From positions 1 to 35,822 of the forward strand of contig NIVC01002968.1 of assembly GCA_002269645.1 (NCBI GenBank): DNA of 35,822 bases, in the 5' to 3' direction. Below the pieces are notes generated by a model. That model saw only the letters and a program-made list of their open reading frames with translations. It was not told where the DNA came from and did not search any database. The stretch's first letter is position 1, and every line of letters starts with the position of its first letter. Below are positions 10,550 to 21,572 of the stretch, one piece after another. The translations under genes were made by a program, and so were the position numbers. The DNA is from Macrostomum lignano (lineage: Eukaryota).

Positions 10550-11406
10550 TTAAAAAAGTTGTTCAGAGATGAAAGAATAAGACAAAAAATTGTTTGTTGA
10601 ACTTTTGTTGGTTACAACATCCAAAATCATAACAACACCCACCACCACAACTACACCACCCACCACCACAAATACACCACCCACCACCACAAATACACCA
10701 CCCACCACCACAAATACACCACCCACCACCACAACTACACCACCCACCACCACAAATACACCACCCACCACCACAAATACACCACCCACCACCACAAATA
10801 CACCACCCACCACCACAAATACACCACCCACCACCACAAATACACCACCCACCACCACCACAACCATACACCACCCACCACCACAAATACACCACCCACC
10901 ACCACAAATACACCACCCACCACCACAAATACACCACCCACCACCACAAATACACCACCCACCACCACAAATACACCACCCACCACCACAAATACACCAA
11001 CCACCACCACAAATACACCACCCACCGTCTGTTTCTTGAACTCTTCTGTCGGTTCTTTTAGCCAATTTATAAATATAAATCTTCTGCTCTTTGAGAAGAC
11101 GTCACGTGATCTCTTGATCTCACAGGAGTCGCCAATACCAGTTAACCATGCAGTCAATATAATCGTCATTGGGAAATCTGATGAGAGCACCAATCCAATC
11201 CACACGCACTGATCCTTTGTTTTTTCCAGACTTGAAGACAATAGAAGCCCCGTGATTTGATTGAATTTGGCAAACCAATGCACAGTTAATTGGTTAATTG
11301 CATTCCGCATACATAAGCACTTAGGCCCACTCGTTTGTAACGCGTTAGTCTTCTCTGCCAGCATCCTGCTCAGATCATACTCAGTAGTCCCAAAGGCCTC
11401 AAACAT
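10550..11406 (-). pseudogene. Possible degenerate C-type-lectin-like domain split by the 21-bp array
   Basis: Ordered motifs KC, VWIGL (11191-11205), W-x-T-G, FINWLKEP (about 11050-11075) and, beyond the repeat, GVVM and SFISEQ (10562-10573); canonical C-terminal cysteines are missing. Confidence 0.3.
10629..11026. repeat. 21-bp array (ACCACCACAAATACACCACCC)n, sister of the coding repeat of the downstream mucin
   Basis: 21-nt period; reads TTTNTPP on +; one 26-nt unit at 10851-10876 shifts the frame. Confidence 0.93.
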
Positions 11407-12460
11407 GAGCAGTGAACTTTGCACACTGCTGCTGCTGCTGCTGGTTATACAGAGGCCCGTCAGGTCGTTGACTTCCACAACAGTCGATGCTCAGACGACA
11501 CAGACTGAGGGCCCGGGCAGCTCGGCTTCTTTGGAATCAAACGTGAAGACAGACTCTGCCACCACTGCGATGAGCACCGACCCACCTGCGTCTGCGGTGT
11601 CTACCACAATGGCTACTGTGTCTGATGGAACACCCACACAGCCTACTGCAGCGACGACCCTGGTTAACACTGCTATGACAACATCTAACACGCCAACCCC
11701 GACACCTGGCACAACACCCATCACAACTACAGAACCCACCACAACAACTACAACACCCACAGCAACAACTACACCACCCATCACAACAACTAGACAACCC
11801 ACCACAACAACTACACAACCCACCACAACAACTACACAACCCACCACAACAACTACACAACCCACCACAACAACTACACCACCCACAGCAACAACTACAC
11901 AACCCACCACAACAACTACAGAACCCACCACAACAACTACAACACCCACAGCAACAACTACACAACCCACCACAACTACAGAACCCACCACAACAACTAC
12001 AACACCCACAGCAACAACTACACCACCCACCACAACAACTACAACACCCACAGCAACAACTACACCACCCACCACAACAACTACACAACCCACCACAAAA
12101 ACTACACAACCCACCACAACAACTACACAACCCACCACAACAACTACACAACCCACCACAACAACTACACCACCCACAGCAACAACTACACAACCCACCA
12201 CAACAACTACACAACCCACAACAACAACTACAACACCCACCACAACAACTACACAACCCACCACAACAACTACAGCACCCACAGCAACAGCAGAGGCGGC
12301 AGTCACAACCGACTCGCAGGCTGTGATGGAGCAGAACTTGCGCACCTACCTGAGCGGCAGCAGCCAGGCAGCTGCCATTATAATTCCCACATTGCTGTCG
12401 CTAGGAATTCTGTTCTCGGTGTACAAAATCATCTCCATGAGCATCACCAAGGGACTTTGA
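11405..12460 (+). CDS. Thr/Pro-rich mucin-like single-pass membrane protein, 351 aa, single exon
   Basis: ATG 11405; signal-peptide-like MSSELCTLLLLLLVIQRPVRS; 21-bp coding repeat (TTTTQPT/TTTTTPP) at about 11730-12280; hydrophobic AAAIIIPTLLSLGILFSVY and a short tail; TGA 12458-12460. Confidence 0.85.
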   Translation: MSSELCTLLLLLLVIQRPVRSLTSTTVDAQTTQTEGPGSSASLESNVKTDSATTAMSTDPPASAVSTTMATVSDGTPTQPTAATTLVNTAMTTSNTPTPTPGTTPITTTEPTTTTTTPTATTTPPITTTRQPTTTTTQPTTTTTQPTTTTTQPTTTTTPPTATTTQPTTTTTEPTTTTTTPTATTTQPTTTTEPTTTTTTPTATTTPPTTTTTTPTATTTPPTTTTTQPTTKTTQPTTTTTQPTTTTTQPTTTTTPPTATTTQPTTTTTQPTTTTTTPTTTTTQPTTTTTAPTATAEAAVTTDSQAVMEQNLRTYLSGSSQAAAIIIPTLLSLGILFSVYKIISMSITKGL

Positions 12461-13600
12461 CGCGTTCGATAGCTGTTGAAAAAAAAAATCGTGTTAAACT
12501 TTGCTAAATATGCGACTGCAAGTAGCTAACTTTGCGCATTGCTAAAATTTCAAATTTTAACAGTTTTCACTTTTTCCCTCGTGCTTGAGCGATTTTTGGA
12601 TTTTTTTAAATCACGAAATTTCATGTCCTATGGGTTGTTGTGTTTCGAAGGTAACTCCGAAATTTTCCTTAATAAAAACACTTAGGGGGGGTTAAAGCCG
12701 CAAAGCAAAGCTTGGTTCAGCACAGAATTTCCTGCCCAAGATTTGCTTACATTACTGCGTCTCTCAGCTCAAAATTTCTAGCCGAATTTTGGGGCGCTCA
12801 TTGGGCTTCTCAGTTTTCTTTCATTTCGCTTTCTCTTCTTTTCTTAATAGAAGATCAGACTTTCTGACTGTCACCACGCTGGCAGAAAAGTGTTGACCGT
12901 GACACTGGCCAAAAATGTCGTGTTTGTGCACTTGGCTCACTGAATGAAAGTGCTAAGGGGAGGAGAGTCTCCAGAAGAGAGAGAGAGGGGGAGAGAGAGG
13001 GGAGAGAGAGGGGGTGTGCAACACGCCCTGCCACCTCATTGGCTGCGGCGCAAAGTCAGCAAGAGGCAGCAAAAGCGTGGCCTGACAATGAGAACGCTCA
13101 CAGGGAGAGTTGGATAGATAGGGAGAGCGCTGGAGCGGAGGGGGGGGGAAGCCTGGGGTAGGCTGTTGTAGGAGGGGAGCAGGGAGGGGAACTGAGGGTC
13201 GTCTCCATTTTCTAGCGGGTAATTTTTGCCCCGCGCAAAGCCTGGCTGGACAGGCGGGTTGGATTTGCACGAAAGCGAACGGCCCACAAGCACACAGCAC
13301 ACAAGCGAGTCAGCTGGGCCTGAACAGCCCCCACTGCACCCGGGCCGCACTGCCGAGCGCAAGCAACAGCCATCATTCTATTATTCAACACTTGGGGCCT
13401 CGGGTTCGCCCCAGGGTCAGCGCGGGTGTGACGCAACGCGATTCCCTCCGACAGGCCAACAGATTTGCGCAACGCAACGTCTCTCCCTCCTCCGCTCCAG
13501 GCCAGCCGCTCAGGTGATACAAAAGGCCTGCGCCTGCCCCGGGCTAGGAGGGACAGAAAGCTAAAGAAGCAGAAGAAACAGGCCAAACAGAAGCAGAAAA

Positions 13601-14785
13601 ATGCCCTGCAACATCAACGCCTACACACTCTGCCTGGGCCTGTTCGCCCTGGTCTACGGCAGCTTCGACACCTACCTGATCTCCATGCTCACGACCCTGG
13701 AGAAGCGCTTCAACCTGCCCAGCAAGCTGTCAGGCCTGCTGCAGGGCTCCAGCGACTTCGGCTACCTGCTGGGCGTCCTGCCCGTCAGCTTCTACGGTCG
13801 CCAGGCCCACCGGCCGCGGACAATGGGCGGCCTCGGGCTGCTCCTGTCGCTGGGCATTCTCATCATGAGCAGTCCATACTATTTCTTTGGCCCCATGCCG
13901 GCTGGCGCGGGCGGCTCGGCGGCCTCCCAGTCGAGCTCCCCTTCAGCCGGACTGCTGTGCAACTCCACTGCCACCACGTCGGCTGCCGCGGCCGCAGTCG
14001 CTGCCGACGGCCAGCAGCCGCTCAGCCGCCAGTCGGCTGTCGCCTACTTCGTGCTGGTGCTCGGCGCCTTCCTGGTTGGCGTCGGCAGCACGCCGTTCTG
14101 GAACCTGGGCCTCGCCTACATCGACGACCACGTATCAAAGGTGCGCGCCCCGGTGTACATATCCGCCATGATGGCCCTCCGCTTCGTGGCGCCGGTGCCC
14201 GGGTACATCATCGGCGGCCAGCTGGCCATGCTGCCCGAGAGCCTGCTGAGCGGCGCCGCCGAACACACCGGCGTCGGCGCCTGGTGGCTCGGCTTCGTGT
14301 GCCTCTCCGGCCTCACCGCCTGCTGCTCGCTGACCATGTTCTGCTTCCCCAGGCAGCTGCCCCGCCCGGATGACGGCCAGCCGGAGGAGATCGAGCTGCC
14401 CACGGAGAAGCGGCTTCCCCCGGCTTCGGACCTCGACGAACCCGACGGCCGAGCCCTGTGCGAGGACGGCTCCGCGGCGCCGCAGGAGCAGCAACAGAAT
14501 CATCAAGCAGCTGATTGCGACGCATCGAAGTCGGGGCTGCCGACTCCAGCCAAAGCAGCCGAGGCCGCCGCCCCAGGCGCCGAGAACGGAGACCGCCCGA
14601 CGCCGGCTGTCGACCTGCTGAACAGCGTGGTGAGCCTGGACCCGGCCAGCCTGGTCAAGACCGGCCTGTCGCACACGCTGCGCCGGCTGGCCGGCAACCT
14701 CACCTTCCTGGCGCTGCTGATCGGCGCCGCGCTGGAGTTCCTGGCCTTCATGGGCTTCCTGGCCTTCCTGCCCAAGTACTACCAG
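13601..14785 (+). CDS. SLCO: Organic anion transporting polypeptide (OATP/SLCO, MFS), exon 1
   Basis: YLISMLTTLEKRFNL, VSFYG..HRPR, LGLAYIDD, GAWWLGF (OATP signature), FLPKY; donor CAG|GTCCGC at 14785/14786, phase 0. Confidence 0.92.
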
Positions 14786-14790
14786 GTCCG

Positions 14791-15375
14791 CGTTCCAGTC
14801 CGGGAAGCTGGCTGCTTCCGGTGGGGAAGATGGTTGGTTTCGATTGGGAAGCTGGTTGGGTCTTCCAATGGGGAAGCTGGCTGCTTCCGGTGGGGAAGCT
14901 GGCTGCTTCCGGTGGGGAAGCTGGCTGCTTCCGGTGGGGAAGCTGGTTGGGTCTTCCAATGGGGATTGGGGAAGCTGGCTGCTTCCGGTGGGGAAGCTGG
15001 TTAGGTCTTCCGATGGGGAAGCTGGTTGGGGTCTTCCGATGGGGAAGCTGGTTAGGTCTTCCGATGGGGAAGCTGGTTGGGGTCTTCCGATGGGGAAGCT
15101 GGTTGGGTCTTCCAATGGGAAAGCTGGTTGGGTGTTTCAATGGGAAGCTGGTTGGGTGTTTCAATGGGAAAGCTGGTTGGGTGTTTCAATGGGAAGCTGG
15201 TTGGGTGTTTCAATGGGAAAGCTGGTTGGGTGTTTCAATGGGAAGCTGGTTGGGTGTTCAAATGGGGAAGCTGGTTGAGAGTTCCAATGGGGAAGCTGGT
15301 TGAGAGTTCCAATTGGGAAGCTGGTTGGGTGAACAAATGGGAAGCAATTTAGGTGTTCAAATGGAGAAGCTGGTT
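14791..15375. repeat. Mixed 22-27-bp minisatellite (GGGAAGCTGG core) filling SLCO intron 1
   Basis: GGGAAGCTGGCTGCTTCCGGTG units grade into GGGAAGCTGGTTGGGTCTTCCAATG and GGGTGTTTCAAT units; starts within 16 nt of the donor. Confidence 0.92.
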
Positions 15376-15514
15376 CCAAACGGGTTTCTATGAGAAGCTT
15401 TTTAGACTGAATATTCTTTCTGTCCTACTTTCACATCAGCCCTGACTTCATATTAAAAATATAATGTGAGTTTGGCGGAGATGATCGAGTCCTGCCGAAA
15501 TTTCCGCAACCCAG

Positions 15515-15743
15515 GTCGGATTCGGAGTGACCACAGGCGAGGCGGGTCTGTACGCGGGCATTGTGGAGGGCTTTTCATCGGCCCTGGGGACTCTGGGGGC
15601 GGCATCTTCATGAACCGGGCCCGGCTGTCGCTGAGCAAACTGCTGGCGCTCACCACAGGGGTCTGCCTGGCGATCGGCCTGCTGGGAAACATTGGAGCTT
15701 TGCTGGAGTGCAGAGCGACACCCGAGTTCACTGACTTTGACAG
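15515..15743 (+). CDS. SLCO: SLCO exon 2, with a 1-bp deletion in the G run 15595-15599
   Basis: Acceptor aacccag|GTC; reads [28 protein letters not shown] and, after adding one [17 protein letters not shown]; donor AG|GTGAGA at 15743/15744. Confidence 0.85.
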
Positions 15744-15756
15744 GTGAGATATGGCG

Positions 15757-16073
<317 letters not shown>

Positions 16074-16593
16074 GAAGAAGAGATTAATTGATTGATAATT
16101 GATTGATTGGTGGACAGGCTGACACCGATACAATTGCGAACGTGATGTTGCCCAGGTCGGCAAAGGGGATCAGGGATGAAAACTTCGTGCCGTAGGCAAA
16201 AGCAAGCAGTGAGCAGCAAAGCTGTATAAAAAATTCAGGCACAAATGCAGCGGCGCTACTTATCAGAAGCACGTGATAAAACGAAGTTTAAAACAATCGG
16301 GTCAGCAATAGGACCCTGACTATACTCAAAATTTTAATTATAATCCAAGATCCTGTGATCTTGTGATTTCTCAAAATCAACATTTTTGTGCTGTCACTCT
16401 CTGTTTGCGATTTAAAATCACCGTTTCGCATTGCTTAAGAGCTTGCTGAGATGCGCTGAACTGCGCCACGTTGAATTTCGATCTGTCACGTGACTTTTTT
16501 ATTATTATCTGTTACGGGCTTGAACTCTTTTATTAGACTGTCGCGGCCTCTCGATAGGCTGCTGTCACGTGCATTACTGTTTCCGATTGGTCG

Positions 16594-17850
16594 CCCAGAG
16601 TCACTGAAGGGACACAGCTGCCCAGCCTCAGAGAGTCACTGAAGGGACACAGCTGCCCAGCTTCAGAGAGTCACTGAAGGGACACAGCTGCCCAGCCTCA
16701 GAGAGTCACTGAAGGGACACAGCTGTAGCCTCAGAGTCACTGAAGGGACACAGCTGCCCAGCCCCAGAAAGTCACTGAAGGGACACAGCTGCCCAGCCTC
16801 AGAGAGTCACTGAAGGGACACAGCTGCAGCCCCAGAAAGTCACTGAAGGGACACAGCTGCTCAGCTTCAGAGAGTCACTGAAGGGACACAGCTGCTTAGC
16901 CCCAGAAAGTCACTGAAGGGACACAGCTGCCCAGCCTCAGGAGTCACTGAAGGGACACAGCTGCCCAGCCTCAGGAGTCACTGAAGGGACACAGCTGCCC
17001 AGCCTCAGGAGTCACTGAAGGGACACAGTTGCCCAGCCTCAGGAGTCACTGAAGGGACACAGCTGCCCAGCTTCAGAAAGTCACTGAAGGGACACAGCTG
17101 CCCAGCCTCAGGAGTCACTGAAGGGACACAGCTGCCCAGCCTCAGGAGTCACTGAAGGGACACAGTTGCCCAGCCTCAGAGAGTCACTGAAGGGACACAG
17201 CTGCCCAGCCTCAGGAGTCACTGAAGGGACACAGTTGCCCAGCCTCAGAGAGTCACTGAAGGGACACAGCTGCCCAGCCCCAGAAAGTCACTGAAGGGAC
17301 ACAGCTGCCCAGCCTCAGGAGTCACTGAAGGGACACAGCTGCCCAGCCTCAGGAGTCACTGAAGGGACACAGCTGCCCAGCCTCAGGAGTCACTGAAGGG
17401 ACACAGTTGCCCAGCCTCAGGAGTCACTGAAGGGACACAGCTGCCCAGCTTCAGAAAGTCACTGAAGGGACACAGCTGCCCAGCCTCAGGAGTCACTGAA
17501 GGGACACAGCTGCCCAGCCTCAGGAGTCACTGAAGGGACACAGTTGCCCAGCCTCAGAGAGTCACTGAAGGGACACAGCTGCCCAGCCTCAGGAGTCACT
17601 GAAGGGACACAGTTGCCCAGCCTCAGAGAGTCACTGAAGGGACACAGCTGCCCAGCCCCAGAAAGTCACTGAAGGGACACAGCTGCCCAGCCTCAGAGAG
17701 TCACTGAAGGGACACAGCTGCAGCCCCAGAAAGTCACTGAAGGGACACAGTTGCCCAGCCCCAGAAAGCTGCAGCTCACTGAAGGGACACAGCTGCCCAG
17801 CTTCAGAGAGTCACTGAAGGGACACAGCTGCAGCCCCAGAGTCACTGAAG
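16594..17850. repeat. 34-35-bp minisatellite (GAGTCACTGAAGGGACACAGCTGCCCAGCCTCAG)n, SLCO intron 2
   Basis: Tandem copies over about 1.25 kb; ends 40 nt before the exon 3 acceptor. Confidence 0.96.
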
Positions 17851-17890
17851 AAACAACCGCCAGCCCCATCCACTCTCCACACCCAAGCAG

Positions 17891-18011
17891 TCCCGCCGCC
17901 TGCGCCCTGTGCGACTGCGACAGCCGGCAGTACCGGCCCGTCTGCTCCGGCAACGCCTCCTACTTGTCGCCCTGTCTGGCCGGCTGCTCGAGTTTTTCAT
18001 TTTACAACTCG
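17891..18011 (+). CDS. SLCO: SLCO exon 3 (Kazal-like extracellular Cys-rich loop)
   Basis: CALCDCDSRQYRPVCSGNASYLSPCLAGC; tandem acceptor AAG CAG (17885-17890); donor TCG|GTGAGT at 18011/18012. Confidence 0.92.
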
Positions 18012-19086
18012 GTGAGTTGGACCAGAGTTCGAATCCTGGCAGTTATCATGGAAACAAGGTTTGAGTAATGATACAGCACACAGAATCAGTGTTGGGATCA
18101 GTGGTCAGTTCAAGCCAGTAGCAAACAGGTTTTACCATAGACAGAGCCGCAGCGCCTTCGTCTCACAGCCAGCGCTGACTGCAATTCTGCCCATTCCGCT
18201 GACTCCCTGAGCACACATACAAGCGCGCCAATAATGTATGAAGGCACGCAATCACACACACGCTCACACAGGGTGTACAGCTGGCCCTGACTTTCTAATC
18301 GTCAGGCATATACAGTCTCTGTGCCTTGTGAGTGAAACTGTGCCCGCCAGTGCGAGTTCCGCACGATTTGGAATTGCAGCATCCAGCTTTAGTGGTCCAT
18401 GAAACAGTCCAGCCAGCATTACGCAATGAAGAAAAATAGCACTAGTGTGCGCAACTGCGAACTGCAGAGATTCCAGTGCAAGATAGCAGCTGGCTGGTCA
18501 CAGCTGCGGCAGAACCTGCGGTCCATTGCAGCCCGGCTAGAGTGACCAGCCTGCTAGAAGATAACAGGCTCCCTGCATGCGAAAGGCGATAGCCAGAGAA
18601 TTTCTGCTTCTAGTAGAGAAAGCGTACAAGACGAATTTAGAAATCCAAAGTGTAAACAAACTCGGCAGAGCGCGCAGATGGCGGCTTTAATCTGGTTAGA
18701 AAACTGCGCACCTCAAAGCCGCGCCAATTTTTTAATTGCTAAAACCAAATTTATGACGAAGTAATTGCGAGTGGAATTTCCTGGCCTGCTGACCTAATTG
18801 CAGCTCTCAGTGCAGCCGCGAATTAGTGCCAAGCTTGTGCAGGCCACTCTGACTGCTCTCGCTCTTGACTACTGTGTACTCAATCCTCGGGCCTGAGCAG
18901 TTTTCAAGGCACAGAAATCATTTACTTAGGTGGGCTGGCAACTTTTCTTGCTGCTGCTAGGAGAAAATTGCTGTCAGTCTGGGTGACTGTCGGAATCAGA
19001 AATGCAGGATTAGCCGAGGAAGAGGCCTGGGCAGGTGACCGCTGCCGGTCTTGCCAGCAGGAAATCTAGCAGGCTTGGCTAGATTT

Positions 19087-19543
19087 AAGCGCGCAGGTGT
19101 TTATGCTGGATTCTGAGTAAGCGGCGCGCAGGTGTTTATGCTGGATTCTGCTTAAGCGGCGCGCAGGTGTTTATGCTGGATTCTGAGTAAGCGGCGCGCA
19201 GGTGTTTATGCTGGATTCTGAGTAAGCGGCGCGCAGGTGTTTATGCTGGATTCTGAGTAAGCGCGCAGGTGTTTATGCTGGATTCTGAGTAAGCGCGCAG
19301 GTGTTTATGCTGGATTCTGAGTAAGCGCGCAGGTGTTTATGCTGGATTCTGACTAAGCGCGCAGGTGTTTATGCTGGATTCTGACTAAGCGCGCAGGTGT
19401 TTATGCTGGATTCTGACTAAGCACGCAGGTGTTTATGCTGGATTCTGACTAAGCACGCAGGTGTTTATGCTGGATTCTGACTAAGCACGCAGGTGTTTAT
19501 GCTGGATTCTGAGTAAGCAGGTGTTTATGCTGGATTCTGAGTA
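19087..19543. repeat. 32-35-bp minisatellite (GCGCGCAGGTGTTTATGCTGGATTCTGAGTAA)n, SLCO intron 3
   Basis: About 14 copies; ends 40 nt before the exon 4 acceptor. Confidence 0.95.
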
Positions 19544-19583
19544 TGTTTATGTATTATCTGCCTGCTCGATCCTCCGCTCCCAG

Positions 19584-20180
19584 ACCGAGAGTCCGCAGCC
19601 GCTTCCGCTGCTGGCCAGCTTTGAAGGCTGCGGCTGCGACGCCGTCGCGTCTTCGTCGTCCACGGCGTCGCCTGCCGGCTTCGTCGCCTTCGACGGCTTT
19701 TGCGGAGTCGGCGGCGGCTGCAGCGCGGCCCTCATCGCCTACAACTGCATCTTCTTCTGCCTGAACCTGCTGGCTGGCGCGGTGAAGAGCATCGTGTGCG
19801 TCATCGTCATCCGCGCCATCAGCGCCCGCGACAAGGACATCGGCTTCGGCTTCATCACCTTCGCGGCCAGCTTCTCGTCGACAATTTCGCCGATTCTCTA
19901 CGGCGCTATGATCGACGCCTTCTGCTTGCACCGCGACGCCGCCAGCGGTGGCGTCTTCGCCCGCTGCCTGCTGTACAACATCGCCGGCATCCGCATCAGC
20001 CAGCACCTGCTCCGCTCCGTGCTGCGGATTCTCTGCGGCCTGGCCTTCGTGGTGGCCACAGTCGGCGCTCGGAGCAATCCGCATATTCAGCGAAATGAGC
20101 GCGAGATCAAACGGCAACAGCGCGGCGGCGGCGGCGGCAGCAGCAATGGAGCTTCGGCGGCTCCGCAAGAGGCCGGATGA
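19584..20180 (+). CDS. SLCO: SLCO exon 4 (terminal, last TM helices)
   Basis: Acceptor cctccgctcccag|ACC, phase 0; IRAISARDKDIGFG, SPILYGAMIDAFCL, CLLYN typical of the OATP C-terminus; TGA 20178-20180. The four exons total 711 codons if the missing G is restored. Confidence 0.92.
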   Translation, partial: TESPQPLPLLASFEGCGCDAVASSSSTASPAGFVAFDGFCGVGGGCSAALIAYNCIFFCLNLLAGAVKSIVCVIVIRAISARDKDIGFGFITFAASFSSTISPILYGAMIDAFCLHRDAASGGVFARCLLYNIAGIRISQHLLRSVLRILCGLAFVVATVGARSNPHIQRNEREIKRQQRGGGGGSSNGASAAPQEAG

Positions 20181-20290
20181 ACTCTGGGTCAACAGTTTGT
20201 ACATGCATGCGTGACTATTGAAACAGTTAATCTGAATTCCATACTTTTACAAAGAGAATCATCGATACTTCTTAAGGCTTCTCTAGGCTA

Positions 20291-20880
20291 GGAGGTTGCA
20301 GCCTGGTGCAAGGGCGTCGCCATGGATTTTATGGTGGGGAGACAAAGCCGAATTCAACATGTACATGACTAAAAGTTCCTACAATTTCATTCATTATTTT
20401 CAGAATCGTGTCGTCAGCGCTCATTTTGGCGCCACAGGTACTCATTTTGGCGCCACAGGCATTCCTTTTAGCGCCGATGGCATTCCTTTCAGCGCTACAG
20501 ACACTCATTTTCGCGCCCTAAAGAAAAATTATTGATTACCACAACGGGTCACAAGGTGGGGTGGGGGGACAAAGCATTGGCATATCCTCCCTGTCCCCCT
20601 CCGATGGCGACGCGCCTGGCCTGGTGGTTAGACTTCTTGAAGGTTAGAGGTTCGATTCCCGATCCCACTTTTTGTGTCCTTGAGCAAGACACTTAACTCT
20701 GCACTGCTTCAGTTCACCCAACTGTAAAATGGGCACCAGCATTAGCTGGGGTAATTGAGGATGTGTGAAGACACCCAGCCGTACGCAGACTTCAGATGCG
20801 CCGCGCAATAGCTGCGACTGAGCTGTCGGTTGCACATCTGGCCCAATTGGGGTAGGTGTAATCTATCTGTTATTATTATC
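20291..20880 (+). mobile_element. tRNA-derived CORE-type SINE, interrupted in its A box by a MITE
   Basis: With the MITE removed: A-box-like GCAGCCTGGTGGTTAG, B box GGTTCGATTCC (20649-20659), then TGTGTCCTTGAGCAAGACACTTAACTC..TTCAGTTCACCCAACTGTAAAATGGG (about 20672-20733), aligning by eye to the MIR CORE consensus; (TTA)n-like tail near 20870. Confidence 0.75.
20309..20618 (+). mobile_element. hAT-like MITE, copy 1 (310 bp)
   Basis: Imperfect TIRs CAAGGGCGTCGCCAT / ATGGCGACGCGCCTG; perfect 8-bp TSD GCCTGGTG at 20301-20308 and 20619-20626; internal ~21-bp subrepeats; homologous copy at 34094-34375. Confidence 0.88.
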
Positions 20881-21572
20881 CCCAGCTCCCGACGTCTCGG
20901 GTGTTCCTTCAATGTGAAAGGTTTATTAAGAAAGTCTCAGGTAGAAGTCTCAACTTCTCGATTGTAAACCGGCCTTAGGGGATACTGCAGATGCTAATCT
21001 TTCCACTTTCATTCGTGCTTTAACCCAGAAATAAAACACCTACGACGCAGCACTATTTTTTAATCAAAGGGTTGCGGTCTATGCTATACTTTTAGTCGGT
21101 CTTATTTACTTAATTGACCAACAAGTTTCTATGCTGAGTATCTACTCCTATACAATTCCATATTTAATTCAACTCAAGACACTTCCAAGCTAGTCTTTGA
21201 ATCCACGCAAACTTTCAAAAGTTAAACAATTTATAATTATTGATTTCCACCGTGTGCTGCTTCGTGCCAATGCCGCAAGTGTTATTGATGTTTCAAAATG
21301 TTACTTTAGGCTACATCGCTATACTATATACTACTGTCATTAAGCACTTGTTTTTTTATTCATTTGCAATTCCCTGTGTACTATACTTGCAATTAATGCT
21401 ACTTTATGCACATTTAAATACAGAAACAAGCAAATATATGAGCGTAACTTCGAGCCTAATATGAGCCAAATATATTTTATTAGGATAATACACTGCACAA
21501 CTGAGGCCAATGGAATTTCCTGCTTAAAGTTAATTGCTCATTGTGTCTTTTCAGACAGTGAAGTTCCGGAGT

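Noticed and set aside
11491-12345. Val-rich and Cys/Gly-rich (keratin-associated or metallothionein-like) minus-strand ORFs
   Set aside because: Antisense readings of the mucin Thr repeat; the + frame has the signal peptide and TM segment.
20291-20670. tRNA gene
   Set aside because: Only A and B boxes remain, the anticodon arm is missing, and it continues into a CORE block, so it is a SINE head.
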